From the NCBI GenBank assembly GCA_026023565.1, contig JAPETS010000021.1:62001-126000 (forward strand): DNA of 64,000 nucleotides, given 5' to 3'. The stretch's first letter is position 1, and every line of letters begins with the position of its first letter. The translations under genes and the position numbers were made by a program. The DNA is from Cirrosporium novae-zelandiae (lineage: Eukaryota). Below, one piece after another: positions 50,007-61,599 of the stretch. Below the pieces are notes generated by a model, which saw only the letters and a program-made list of their open reading frames with translations, had not been told where the DNA came from and made no database searches.

Positions 50007-50360
50007 ATCAAATTAATCTTTTGCTATCCACGGCTTTTTCTCAACAGCAAGAGTTGGTGCTTCTTCTTGACTTCCAGGAAGGTAAGAAGTGCATGGATTG
50101 AGGGAGATTGATTAGTATTGGTCGATGGATGAGTTCCTGGGTCTTGGGTTCGAGGATATGTGTCTGTGTATATATGCCCCTCCCCCGCCGAACTCTCTCT
50201 CGCTCACTACAAACATATACAACGTAACGTACGTACGTACCCATGCAACGCACGCATAGACGCATAGTCCACACTGCGCTGCTCAGCACGCAATCCAAGT
50301 CCAATCTGAACGCACGCACGCACATACTCCCCTAACCCAATTACGAAACTCTTCACCCCT

Positions 50361-50370
50361 ATGGTGCAAT
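50361..50370. promoter_or_regulatory. CYS-3/MetR-like bZIP site (ATGGTGCAAT)
   Basis: 9/10 match to ATGRYRYCAT ~355 bp upstream of the Dal5/AstA-like gene, followed by repeated GCAAT half-sites. Confidence 0.35.
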
Positions 50371-50985
50371 CGCAAATCGCAATCGCAATTGCACTCAGAT
50401 CTCTCCACGCCAGACCCAGACCCATCCATCTATGCCACCATCTAAAAGCCCGAGAAAGCAAAACAACTCGGCAGACCCCGGCGGTCAAAAACAAAGAAAC
50501 TGGGGGGAATGTTGTAGAGAGATATAGAAAAATGCCCTCGTGCTCTCTCAGTTTGGCGGGACAGGTTGAGCACGACTTTGAGGGGGTTTATGAGGGCATG
50601 GGTTATCTGTGTGGGTCTTTCTTGTGGATCTAGTTCAGAAGAGGGAGGGGCACAAAAAGGTTAGATATGGCCTGGCCATTGCTCATTGCTCATTTTTCAT
50701 TGAAGAATTAATATTAATAGAAAGAATAGAGGGATCAGGATGATGACGATGACGGTTAATCCCAATGAAATGGGATAATATATTTTATTACCTGAAGTCT
50801 GGTTTACGTGTTTGGATATATATATATATTACAGTTTTTTCTTCTTCTTAAGCTTATTTTTATTTTTTGCCTTTTTTGCACTTGGTATCGTATCTCTAGA
50901 TCTAGATCTGGGATTCCATTCCCTGCAATAGAAAGGAGGGGGGAATAAGCAATGCCATGCCTGTTTATCTCAGATAGGGCCTAAC

Positions 50986-53086
50986 TCAAGCCCAATCACT
51001 CCACCCCACCCCCAACCGACTCGTATACGCCTTCGCATTCTGCGGTCCCTCGGCATCGATCACATATCCAAACTCGCACCTCGAATACTCCACCTTATCC
51101 TGACTCCGATAAAAGTCATCAAACTTCCTATCCAACGCATCCCCCAAGCTCCTCACATCCCCACTCGGATGCAACACCCGCCAGGGTTCTATACACTCCT
51201 GCCACCCTTTACACCCTTTCGTAACCAACAGCAGCGCATCCAGCCTCGCCACTACTTCGGAGAGGGGCCGACCTAACAAATACCTAGATTCAAAATTGGG
51301 GTTGTCAAAAAGGCTTTCGAGCTCGTAGGGGTCGGAAGAGAGGTCATAGAGCTGGTGTGCGTTGTTGCACCAAACGGAGTAGTAGAGATTGTAGGTGGGG
51401 CTGAGCAGGCGCAGGGCTTTGTAGGTGTTGTTTAGGGTTATGGTGGGCAGGGTGGTTCCGGGGCGGAAACCCATCACGCCTTCCCAGGCGGCGAGACCCC
51501 AGTATTCGACTGTTACGTGTTCGTGACGGGGGTGGTGGGGGGGAGGGAGAGGGAGAGGATGGGATGGGGGGTTAGAATTGGGATCAGAGCGGAGGTCGAG
51601 TTTTGGCTGGTTGGGATTGGGAGGGGGAGAGGAGGGGATCAAGGGGATAGGCACGCCATCGAAATCCTCGCGGAGCGGAAGCCCCACAATTTCGAAGATC
51701 GTAGGTGCCAGATCAATATGCGTAGTAACCTCATCCACAACCTGATTCTCTGCAATCCCCGGACCCCTAATAAAAAGCGGCACCCTAATATCCTCCTCAA
51801 ACCCACACTCCTTCCCCGGCTGCAACCGATGCTGACCAATATGATATCCATTATCGCTCGTATAAATAATATACGTACTCTCCAACAACCCCGCATCCTC
51901 GAGCTTCCTAACCACATTCCCAACCAACTCCTCAACCGTCTGGAGCACCCGGAGACGGTTTCGGTAGAAATGGTCGTTGTAGGCTACGTTGGTGGCGTTT
52001 TGGACCGGGAGGGAGGCGATCCAGTTTACACCTGAGGGGGAGTCGGGGGGGTTGAAGTGAGGGGTTCGGGGCACTTTTGCATCTGGGAAGAGGTGCGCGA
52101 AGCGCGTGGGTGGGATGGGTGCGGTGATGGAGAAGTCGGAGTCTACATTGAAAATGTTTTTTGCTTCGACGTTGCTGTGCGGTGCCGTCGTTCCGACCGT
52201 CAAAAAGAACGGTTTTTCATCCTCCCCTCCCCCCTCCCCTTCCTCCTTCGAGCGAAGGAATCCCTCAATAGCCTGATCCAAGAACCCAAGCGCCTTACCC
52301 GCAAGCACATCAGCACTATGCTCCCCCTCATGACTCACGGGCACCTCATGATCGCGCTGAAAGCTCGAATTCAAGTAATTGTACGTGTAGGGGTCGAGGA
52401 GGAAGTCGGAGTGGTTGAAGCCCGAAACGTGCGGGTTGTTGTAGTTGTCGACGGTGTGGGCGTTGAAGAGTTTTCCGGTGTAGTAGGTTGAGTAGCCGGC
52501 TTGTTGCTGGAGCCAGAGGGCTAGATGGCCGATTTTTGAGGGGTCGTTGAAGCCTTGGGAGACGAATTTTGGGTAGCCGCCTAAGGGGATGGAGAAGGTT
52601 AGGGTTTTGGGTGGTTTTGGGTGGATGTGGGGGGGGGGATTTAAAAAAGAAAGCTTCAAAGGCTTTGCTTTACTTTTACTTTTACTTACCATATGGCGGA
52701 TTAACATCCGTAACATTAGTATTATGCGGCTGTCTCCCCGTCCACAGACTAACCCTGGACGGACAGCACAACGCCGTAGTCACAAAATGGTTTCTGTAAA
52801 ACGTTCCCTTCTTCATCAGTTGCTCCACGGCTACGGGTGTGTACTTTAGGGAATCCATCTGCAGGTCTTGGTCGTCGGTTAGGATGAACACTATGTTTGG
52901 GCGTTTTGGAGGCGGGGGGGGGGTTAGGGTGGAGAGGTCATTTTCATTGTTGACGGTCTGGTGGGGATTGAGGAGGTTTGAAAATGGGATTTGGAAGGCA
53001 ATTCCTCCCGCTGGAAAGAGGAGGAGGAGGAAGAGGCTGCATATTGTTGTTGTTGTTGTGAGGAAAAGGATGGATTGGGACTTCAT
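50986..53086 (-). CDS. Secreted arylsulfatase (Neurospora ars-1-like); intron 52581-52689
   Basis: Signal peptide, RPNIVFILTDDQD, TTALCCPSRVSLWTG (CxPxR formylglycine motif), YTGKLFNAH, TSDNGYHIGQHRL.PGK, QLYDLSSDPYEL. Confidence 0.93.
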
Positions 53087-53266
53087 GTTGACATTGACAT
53101 TTGACAACACTGATTGAGCTTGGAAATTGGGAAAGCTGCTACATAAAATATATGTAGCTTATACACCCTTAGGCATGAGAAGGAGAAAAAGGGAAATCAA
53201 GAAGAGAAGGTTTGAGTAGAAAAACCATATGAGCTATTTATTATCTCTTTCAGAGACAAAAGTAAA

Positions 53267-53393
53267 CGACGACGACGACGACGACAACAATAACTGATGA
53301 TCATCATGATAATGGGCTCCAAGGATCGAGATGTCCTTTGATCCACATTTCTTTCCCCTCAATCGATCGAACAACAACAACAACAACAACAAC
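53267..53393. repeat. (GAC)n and (AAC)n microsatellites in the arylsulfatase/MFS divergent promoter
   Basis: gacgacgacgacgacgac at ~53268 and aacaacaac... at ~53370 seen directly. Confidence 0.8.
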
Positions 53394-53835
53394 TAATAAT
53401 CAATAAACTCCATGATTTGAAAAAAAAAGTCTCTCTGATCCACATTTTTCCCCCCCCCCTCAAAACAACACACCGTTTCATTTCAAAAAATCGTAAATAA
53501 TTGCTCTAATGCCGCGTCAACTTAGACTGGGAGGATGTTTGGGGGAGATAAGTTGCGATCACGCCTTAATCACGTCTTGTACCCAAACCGAAAATAGGAA
53601 ATCCCGAATTTTTGAAAGCCGCTTCCGCCGATTTTTGAATTCTCGGAATGAAACTTTGTTGTAGGGAAGTAACTTAACTTCTCGTCCTCCCCCCCCGCAG
53701 CTATATGGACCTCGGGTGTTACGTCGGAAATCATAGCTTGTTATGTATGTCCTTACTTAGCCTGCTTATCTATCTATCTCTTCCTGCTCTTTCCATTTTA
53801 TTTTTTTGCATTTTTAACATACACACCTTCAGACC

Positions 53836-55936
53836 ATGTCTTCCTACTGCCGCGAGGCTTTGTCGGAGAAGAGAGGACTAAAGTTTGATGATGATCATGG
53901 TCCAAATGTCACGACTCCTCTCTGGAATCCTGTGGCTGGTCCTTCAGGGAGTGGATTTGCACCAGGCCCATCGTACGAAAGCATCGTCAGTGGTACTATT
54001 GGGAAGGCTCCAAGGATTGATCAAGAAATCATAGACTCTAGCGAAGAATCCAGCGAATCGACGGATTCTGAATGTGCTGATGGCCATCATTCTGTCGCAA
54101 GAGTGATATCGGTCCTATTCTTTGGTTGGTAACAAATTTTTCTCCCATTTTGATCATATCTAGAGCTGTTGCTGATAGCTTGCGTTTTAAAATATAGGCG
54201 TAATTATTGCAAGCTTAGATGCAACATTAATTGTTGCAACCAATGCTGGAATTGGCTCTGAGTTTGGGAGATTGCAGGATTCTGGTTGGCTCATGAATGC
54301 ATATACCCTAAGCATGTGTGCAGTTCAGCCAATGGTGAGTCTCTGATTTCAATGACATTAACGGAATGCTGATTGAGACTTTTTTTCGGACAGTATGGAA
54401 AATTGAGCGACATATATGGCAGGAAGCCATGTTTGTTGGTTGCTTATGCATTTTTTGCCATTGGATGTGCCGTCTGGTATGGTTGCTGCTCATAATATCC
54501 GGGCTAGCTGAGCTCTTATTCACTTCAATAGCCTCCTCTCGAAACTAAGCTGATGCGTTTTGCTTAGTGCAATAGGACCTGAATTCTGGCAAATTATCCT
54601 TGGTCGAGCAATCAGCGGACTTGGGGGTGCCGGAATGGTATCTCTGGTCGCCGTCGTCATCACCGGTAGGTTTCAAGTCGTTTGCCATTACAATTGACTA
54701 CTGATCTGTCTTCAAGACATTGTCCCTAAACGCGATGTCGCAGCATGGCGTGGCTATGTGAACGTGTGTATCACAATAGGTACCAGCGTCGGTGGCCCGG
54801 TCGGCGGCTTCCTCCAAGATACAATCGGATGGCGGTGAATGTTCTTTATTCAGGTACCACTCACCTTCCTCGCCGCCATCGTCGTTTCATTCAGACTCCG
54901 TCTTTCGGAATTCAAACCCGAGATAGATTTTGAATACGACCTAAACGCGACCCCTCCGGCTTCAAAGCTCAGGAGAATCGACTTTTTAGGGACCATCACG
55001 CTTGCGACCGCAATTGTCACCGCATTGCTTATTCTCCATCTTGGAGGAACAAAATTCCCATATTATTCTTGGCCTACGCTTCTCCTTGGGGGGCTGAGCA
55101 TTCTTTTCCTAATTGCATTTGTCTTGATCGAGGCTTATATAGCCAAAGAGCCCATTTTCTCTTTACAAATCTTTCGTAAATCCAACGTTATCGCCAGTTA
55201 CATTGCCCTGGCAGCTCAAATTTCCGCGCAGATTGCTATGATGTTTTCTGTTCCCTTGTATTTCGAGGTAACTAAGCGAACCTCTGCTACCACCGCCGGT
55301 GCACACCTTATTCCTGCTATTTTTGGCAATGCTACAGGGAGCCTTCTAGCTGGTCAATGGATGCGTAGAACTGATCGATTTAAGCCATTCGTTGTATGTG
55401 CAGGTCTTATTTCCAGTCTAGCATATGTCCTACTCTACCTTTTTTGGAACGGCCATACAAACTTCTGGGAATCCTTGTATATCTTTCCCGGTGGTTTTGC
55501 CAACGGACTAATTGGTGTCTCTTCATTCATCGCCATGACCTCCAAACTTGAGCCCCAGGACATTGCAACTGCAACCACCGGACTGTTTTTCAGTCAGAGC
55601 ATCGGGATGGTTAGTGGAATTTCCCTAGGAACTGCTGTGTTGAGAGGGGAATTAAAGACACAGTTGACTAGGAAAATACAAGGCGAAGGTGCACGGGAAA
55701 TAATCCATCAAGCAATGGCCGATGTTCAATATGTTGGTCATTTAAATGGGAAACTGAGAGATATTGTTGTTGGTTGTTATATTGCAGGACTGAAATCTAC
55801 ATACAGTAAGCATTGTTCAGTGCATCATTGGGATTGAGTGGAATTAACATGTCTTGTCTGTGTAGTTATGTCGCTCGCATGTGCTCTTTTCAGTTTTGCG
55901 GTCTCGCTTACGTTGAGAGAGCATCGTACGAGATAG
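53836..55936 (+). CDS. MFS DHA2-family (Vba-like / multidrug) transporter, multi-exon
   Basis: GVIIASLDATLIVAT, YGKLSDIYGRKP, GRAISGLGGAG, GGPVGG.L.D.IGWRW.FFIQVP, LRRIDFLG, FSVPLYFEVT. Confidence 0.87.
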
Positions 55937-56350
55937 AAGTGGGAAAAGATAGAAGTGGGAAAAGACCAAAGAAATACTAGATGTTAGGGTTAGACCAGGA
56001 AAGACCTAAAATGCAAAAATACACAAGGAGTAATGAAAATTGAAATTACCGGTTACAATAATTACCGCTAATTAGCCTAATTAAGACCTAAAGGATTCGG
56101 AGCTAGACTACAGCCTTAGTACTTGATAGCTGAGAAAGTCAGCGTTTGACACGTTATGTCATAATACTTTGCTTGAGATACAAAGCGCGAGTTATCCTCG
56201 ACATCGTTCAGATCCATAGGTAGTGAAGAGTGAAGGTTTATTGAAAACAATAAGTTTGTTCGTCGTTGCATGCTAGAAGATTGGCTTAAGCCCGGTGAAG
56301 CTAAATTCTAATCGTTGCACTCCCTAGTTCAACTCATACTTTTTATCATC

Positions 56351-58960
56351 ATGTTAGAGTCGTTGTTGTCTGGACCAGAAACATTCACGAAAGAATCGAT
56401 AAGGGATATACTCAATGAAGATTTGTATACTTCAGATGGGACTGGCTTACCAAAGGAGATTTCATGTCTTGACCCTTCTGTGCCAGAAGTGGTGCGCCTA
56501 CCCTCTGGCAAGCTTCGATATGGCGAAAGAAGAAGTCCTTCCCAGCGTCGGGATATCCTCGTTCAGCTTTGCAACGACTTCTTGCAAAGTGTGCGTGATT
56601 CAAAGTCGCATTACTCGCACCTTGATCATGCATTTTCCAAGACTCTTACATGCAACTTCTTAGCTCACGGCAAAGCACCACATGATGAAATCGTTGAAGG
56701 GGCCTTTCGATTCCTATCCAGACTTCCTGCATATCCGCCTGAAATTGAGTTTGGCAAACAGCAGGTTGTGGCAGAATCGTTCTCGAAAGAGTATTTCTTC
56801 GGGAACATGCAAACCAACTTAGCCAAAGCGAACGAGCCTTCATCTGCCTGGCAATCCTTACAGGTTGTGAAAGCCGTGAACAAGAATATCATTCGAATGG
56901 CGCTGCAAATTACAGCAAACTCGCTAAGGGAAATGAGAAATCAATACTCCGAGGAGCTCTTCGGATTTGTTGACCTGACTGCAGAGCTGTTCCAGATTGG
57001 TTGTGAAATGGCCTCACAAGAGAATGATATCAAACACAAGCATCTATGGTTTGTTGTCTGTAGCTTTCTTTGGACATCATGGCAACGTTCGGTCATGTTG
57101 TTCTTCTGGACCGTGTTGGATTTTGATATTAGGCTTGGTTTTTCCTATAATGATGTGCAGAGCCTTTTTTCCGGGAGAGTTCCCATAAATCTGACCGAGG
57201 ACGTCCATCTCCGTCATGAGCAAACCAATCTAAAAGCAAGTGCCATGTGCAATTGGGCTTATGAGCTTTTAAAATCAGATAGAGCATCCCTCACTAAGGA
57301 CTTCAGACGGTTTCATGAGCGGTATGCAAAAGTATTTGGGGATCGAGGGCCACGCTGTATCCAAGGGGACTCCCCAAATCATTTTGGGCTTTGCGATGGC
57401 AAAACTGCAAAAAACTGCAAAAGGTTCCAAGGAAGCGAATCGAAAGACCAGTCACAACACGACTCGACCTGCAGAGGTAACTGTCGGCCTCTCCGATGGA
57501 ATGAAACGTCATACAGACAGATTCAAGGCATTCGAGCAGTCTGTCTCACGGTGTCAGGAGATGATAAGCTTCAGTATTGTGCTGTTTCAGAGAACACTCT
57601 TGCCATTTCCCATGTTTGGGCACACGGCCAAGGAGGTCGACCAGATGATTCTGGACTAAATAGTTGTTTGCATGAAAGATATGTTCGCGTATCTAAGGAA
57701 TTTGGATGCGATTCGTACTGGATGGATACGCCCTGTATTCCTAGCGATAAAGTTCTACGTCACGAAGCTATCATGAAGATTAATGAAGTATTTGCTACCA
57801 GCAAGGTCACCCTCGTCGTTGACCGAGACCTCATGGATATTAACGTTGATGGGCAAATACCAGTCGAGGTACGGGAATCGTTATTGGCTACATTGTTGGT
57901 CTGTGACTGGAATATCAGAGCCTGGACCCTATTAGAAGGTATGCGTGGGCGGGAAAGTCTTCATTTGCTTTGCCAAAACAACAAAATCACGTCCGTGAAA
58001 GATAATCTAGAGGTGGTAATGACTGAAGGTAGCATCGACGTAGCGACTTTATTTCTTGCGGCCCAACATTTAATACCACACCGACATCAAGTCCTACAGA
58101 AAATGAATGAAAGAGACCCGCTCCCGGAGAGTGAACTACAAAAATGCAATCAGTGCTTTTTGCAACATAGAGAGTGTGATATGACCAAGCCCGCATGCTC
58201 GCAATGCATCAGTCTTGGAAAGTTGTGCCATTATAGAGGCACGGCGCCGCAAACATACGTAAGAAAGCTATTGGAAGCTAACTACCTCTTGGATGCGGGT
58301 GGCTTTATTAGCATCGAGGAAGCTGCCAGTCTCATGCATCACCGCCATGCCACAAAAGAGCGCGATGAGTTGTTCGTATGGAGCCAACTCTGCAGCAACG
58401 ATGCCTTCGACGAGCCTGAAGAATTAATAAGGTCGATTGGTCATTCCATGATTAATACCAGCTTTCTGGTTTCTAGCGCCCCTAGGATCGAGGGAAAGAG
58501 AGGCTGGAGCTGGGCTCCTCGAAGTCCAAGTCCACTGATAAATGACGATACGTTAGGAGTGTACTACCCTTACGATAATTATAAAGGCGCTCGCGGTCAC
58601 ATCACAGAGGAAGGGCTCCGTGCCGAATGGCTCATTTACATCGTGAAGAGGCCTCACAAAGGGATGGGGAAAGTAAGGAAATTGGGATTCAGATTGACAA
58701 ACAACTCTGCAAGGTCTCCCATATGTGAAGAAATTGCGAAGCCCCATTTCAACCAATTCAAATGGGTAGCACTGTTAAGACCAGCGGATGGTACGAATAT
58801 TGGTAATATTCCGCTGAGTTATAGAGGAATAGCTACGGGACCACTCTGTGTGGTTGTGGTCTCGAATGACAAGGTCTCGTGGGAGTGGAAGGGCGTGCGT
58901 GAAATAGCAGCTACCGAAAAGCTACCTGATTTCGCGAAGGAAGAGATTTTGCTAATATAG
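56351..58960 (+). CDS. HET-domain protein with an internal GAL4-type Zn(II)2Cys6 finger (~869 aa, intronless)
   Basis: HET motifs LAISHVWAHG, YWMDTPCIP, INEVFATSKVTLV, DWNIRAWTLLE, RGWSWAP; CNQC-x6-C-x6-CSQC-x6-C at 58145-58228. Confidence 0.82.
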   Translation: MLESLLSGPETFTKESIRDILNEDLYTSDGTGLPKEISCLDPSVPEVVRLPSGKLRYGERRSPSQRRDILVQLCNDFLQSVRDSKSHYSHLDHAFSKTLTCNFLAHGKAPHDEIVEGAFRFLSRLPAYPPEIEFGKQQVVAESFSKEYFFGNMQTNLAKANEPSSAWQSLQVVKAVNKNIIRMALQITANSLREMRNQYSEELFGFVDLTAELFQIGCEMASQENDIKHKHLWFVVCSFLWTSWQRSVMLFFWTVLDFDIRLGFSYNDVQSLFSGRVPINLTEDVHLRHEQTNLKASAMCNWAYELLKSDRASLTKDFRRFHERYAKVFGDRGPRCIQGDSPNHFGLCDGKTAKNCKRFQGSESKDQSQHDSTCRGNCRPLRWNETSYRQIQGIRAVCLTVSGDDKLQYCAVSENTLAISHVWAHGQGGRPDDSGLNSCLHERYVRVSKEFGCDSYWMDTPCIPSDKVLRHEAIMKINEVFATSKVTLVVDRDLMDINVDGQIPVEVRESLLATLLVCDWNIRAWTLLEGMRGRESLHLLCQNNKITSVKDNLEVVMTEGSIDVATLFLAAQHLIPHRHQVLQKMNERDPLPESELQKCNQCFLQHRECDMTKPACSQCISLGKLCHYRGTAPQTYVRKLLEANYLLDAGGFISIEEAASLMHHRHATKERDELFVWSQLCSNDAFDEPEELIRSIGHSMINTSFLVSSAPRIEGKRGWSWAPRSPSPLINDDTLGVYYPYDNYKGARGHITEEGLRAEWLIYIVKRPHKGMGKVRKLGFRLTNNSARSPICEEIAKPHFNQFKWVALLRPADGTNIGNIPLSYRGIATGPLCVVVVSNDKVSWEWKGVREIAATEKLPDFAKEEILLI

Positions 58961-59943
58961 TAGACCAATTTATTATATCTCTAGCTCTCGGACAGCATCT
59001 TTCCGGAAATTACGGTTCAAACAATCTAAAGTCATTCATCTAGGAAAGGTCAATAGTGTATCTACATTAATCTATTCACGTACACCTTTCCAATACCACC
59101 TATGAATCCGAGAGAATGGCGAAGCATTGAAGTAATTTATTCGATCCGCAAACTTTAACAAGCGTCCACAAACTCCACCTCGGTATCTGGTAACTCTTGA
59201 TACAGAGTTGAACATCGGTAAGAGCAAAATTCCAAACTGATATGATCGAAGGAATGGATGGCAAATCTTATCAAGCTCATCACCATGTTGAGTTTGGTAA
59301 TGGCCTTTGAATTCTTGGATCGACAAGTCCTCAGATCAAGACTTATTGATATACCGGAGAACCCAAGGTCCAACAGGAGTCTAGACCAACAGCCAGTCTC
59401 AATTCTACTTGATCAAACAACTGCTACAAAACATACAGGAAGTGTGTCCTTCGACAACGATAGCTCGGTATCCGAGATCGGGTAAGGCTACAGTTGGAGG
59501 CCTTGGGGTGTAGACTACGTGTGAGAAGAGAACCGAGGTATGCAAGCTGGTGTATAATATATACAATAGATGGCTACTAAAGACCTGAATAGAAGTTCTT
59601 GCATCGTTTAATGCAATCCGGAGCTACTATTATCCGCAGTCCAAGCTGTAAGGTTTATTTATTCCTGACACACGGTAAATGAATAGCCCCGTATGCGGAC
59701 TAAACCCGCTATGAATCTACTACTACTACCTACTGCTACTACGACTACTATTACACGTTAATACTAGAAGATCGACCCAGGCCACAATATGGCCTTCAAA
59801 ACATAGTTAAGCTAAGGAGATCTGAAGAATGATATTTTTTAGAGACCGAGACTATCACAACCGTGACTGACACTAAGAATAAACCCAAGTAGCTTCAGTA
59901 TACCTGAAGGCTTAATTCCGTCGCCCCCTTGTTCTCCTATTGA

Positions 59944-60474
59944 TCACAGGTTAATACGATTGTTCCCAACATACACGATTGGGCTTTCCTTCCTCGCATC
60001 AATGAAGATGGTACCCTGAGCAGCGCTGAGCGGCAGTTCCCTCTTCAATTCCAGGTAGGCTACGTTTGCGTAGGACAATTCCATCCGTTTGATATTTCTC
60101 TCTATGATTGCTTTGTGATCAGACATCGCAATATCTCCAGCATAAAGCGCACTAATGACCCAGGTACGCTGTCCTGGAGAAAAGAAGTTCCGTTGTTGAT
60201 TAAAAAAAGCGGCAAATTCATCCATTTTGGCTTGTACGTTCTGGTCGCCTTCTTGAGGGTTGTTCATGTGTGACGTATTTGGGCGTGCAGCAATATGAGC
60301 AATGATTGCGGCAGATTGTGAAACAATAGCGACCGCTGAATAGTTATTCAGGTCCACGGTGACAAAGCTATTTTTGTTGTTTTCCCGAAACCTTAAGAAC
60401 TGAACCTCATTCATTTCAACCTTGACTTTTGTCGTGGCAGGGGGCACCACCTGGCCGAATCTTCTAAATGCCAT
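59944..60474 (-). CDS. Small alpha/beta protein with a CNF1/CheD-deamidase-like motif, catalytic Cys apparently replaced
   Basis: T-x-x-L-N-N-Y-S-A-V-A-I-V-S-x-x-A-A-I-I-A-H-I resembles T..L.GC..V.IVS...A..AHI; open 176 aa ORF from MAFRR. Confidence 0.5.
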   Translation of the reverse strand: MAFRRFGQVVPPATTKVKVEMNEVQFLRFRENNKNSFVTVDLNNYSAVAIVSQSAAIIAHIAARPNTSHMNNPQEGDQNVQAKMDEFAAFFNQQRNFFSPGQRTWVISALYAGDIAMSDHKAIIERNIKRMELSYANVAYLELKRELPLSAAQGTIFIDARKESPIVYVGNNRINL

Positions 60475-61359
60475 TTTTGGCAAGATTCGGGCTTTGGGTT
60501 GAGGTTTATGAGGAAGAAAGATTGGCAATCACTTATCAACTTCAGGAGTGAAAGATGAGAGAGAATAAGACTGACGAAACAAAACTAGAAGATTTTGGAA
60601 TGTTTATATGGTTGTTTTTTTGAGTATTACCCCTTCGATTGAGAGATGGACGGTAATTTGAAAAAATAAAAATAAAAATAGAGAGGGAAGCTCACGGTAT
60701 CCAAGAGATGGCCGCTGTTTGATATGTAACACAAGAGTCGGACAGAAATATCGCCAAGACGGTTAGACGCAATGCGGGGTATGTAGGTATTCCCATACTA
60801 AGCGCCGCTGTTAGGACACAGAAGTGTAAAAAACTAGAGATGAATTCTGGGAGCTGGAGCTGACTACCTAGGTATATAACAAGAAACGTCACCTGATAAG
60901 GTGAGCCCTTAGGGTATTGCAACAGGCGCCCTCCGAGCCCTTGAGGCAACTCACCTTTTGTCTAATCCACCCTCCTAGTTTCACTCTATTCTAATGTTAA
61001 TAAAACTGATGTATTTCTATTGGTCGTCCTAGGTTCTTTTTGCCTAGATTCGTGGCATTTTATTCGATGACCCCGGGGATAGAAGCAGTCAGTAGCTCTG
61101 GAGACCCTGCCAATGTCCGGGCCATCTTCAAATTACAATGGCTTCAAAAGCCACCTCATGAATGATCCTAGTTGATTCTTCTCAGCATCAGTTCACCATG
61201 CATCAGTTCACCCAACTCATCCTCCACCGCTCGAGTATGACACTTTTGCTTTATCTATATATTAGGGTCGGGTTTCTGACGCGTAGCAGGCTAAGATCCA
61301 CCGATCGATGACGTTATATACCAAAACGCCTAGATTGTTATTACTTCTAGTAAGTTTTT

Positions 61360-61599
61360 GGTATTGGTACGCCTCTCCATTACGCTGCTGAGAACGGAAG
61401 TCTGGACATAGTGGACTATCTATTGGCGAAAGGCACAGACCTTCGGATCAAGAACGCTAGCGGGAAGCTTGCTATTGAACGGGCTAAAAAGCATGGACAA
61501 ACTACAATGGTTGAGTGTCTTCGTCCTCGATCCGTTTTACCTTCCATCCCATGTCATGATTTCAGAGGGCCATCGATCGAGTCAAGAATCACCAGTTAG
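61360..61599 (+). pseudogene. Ankyrin-repeat gene fragment
   Basis: GTPLHYAAENGSLDIVDYLLAKGTDLRIKNASGKLAIERAKKHGQTTMVECL; no upstream start or exons recognised. Confidence 0.65.

Noticed and set aside
50986..52716. 576 aa ORF as the complete arylsulfatase
   Set aside because: Its first ~45 residues read through an intron; the true N-terminus with the CxPxR motif is in the upstream exon (53086-52690)
44186..56000. Scattered TTAGGG/CCCTAA motifs (44188, 45295, 55984) as a telomere or telomerase template
   Set aside because: At most ~1.5 units each, isolated, with no tandem array or supporting structure
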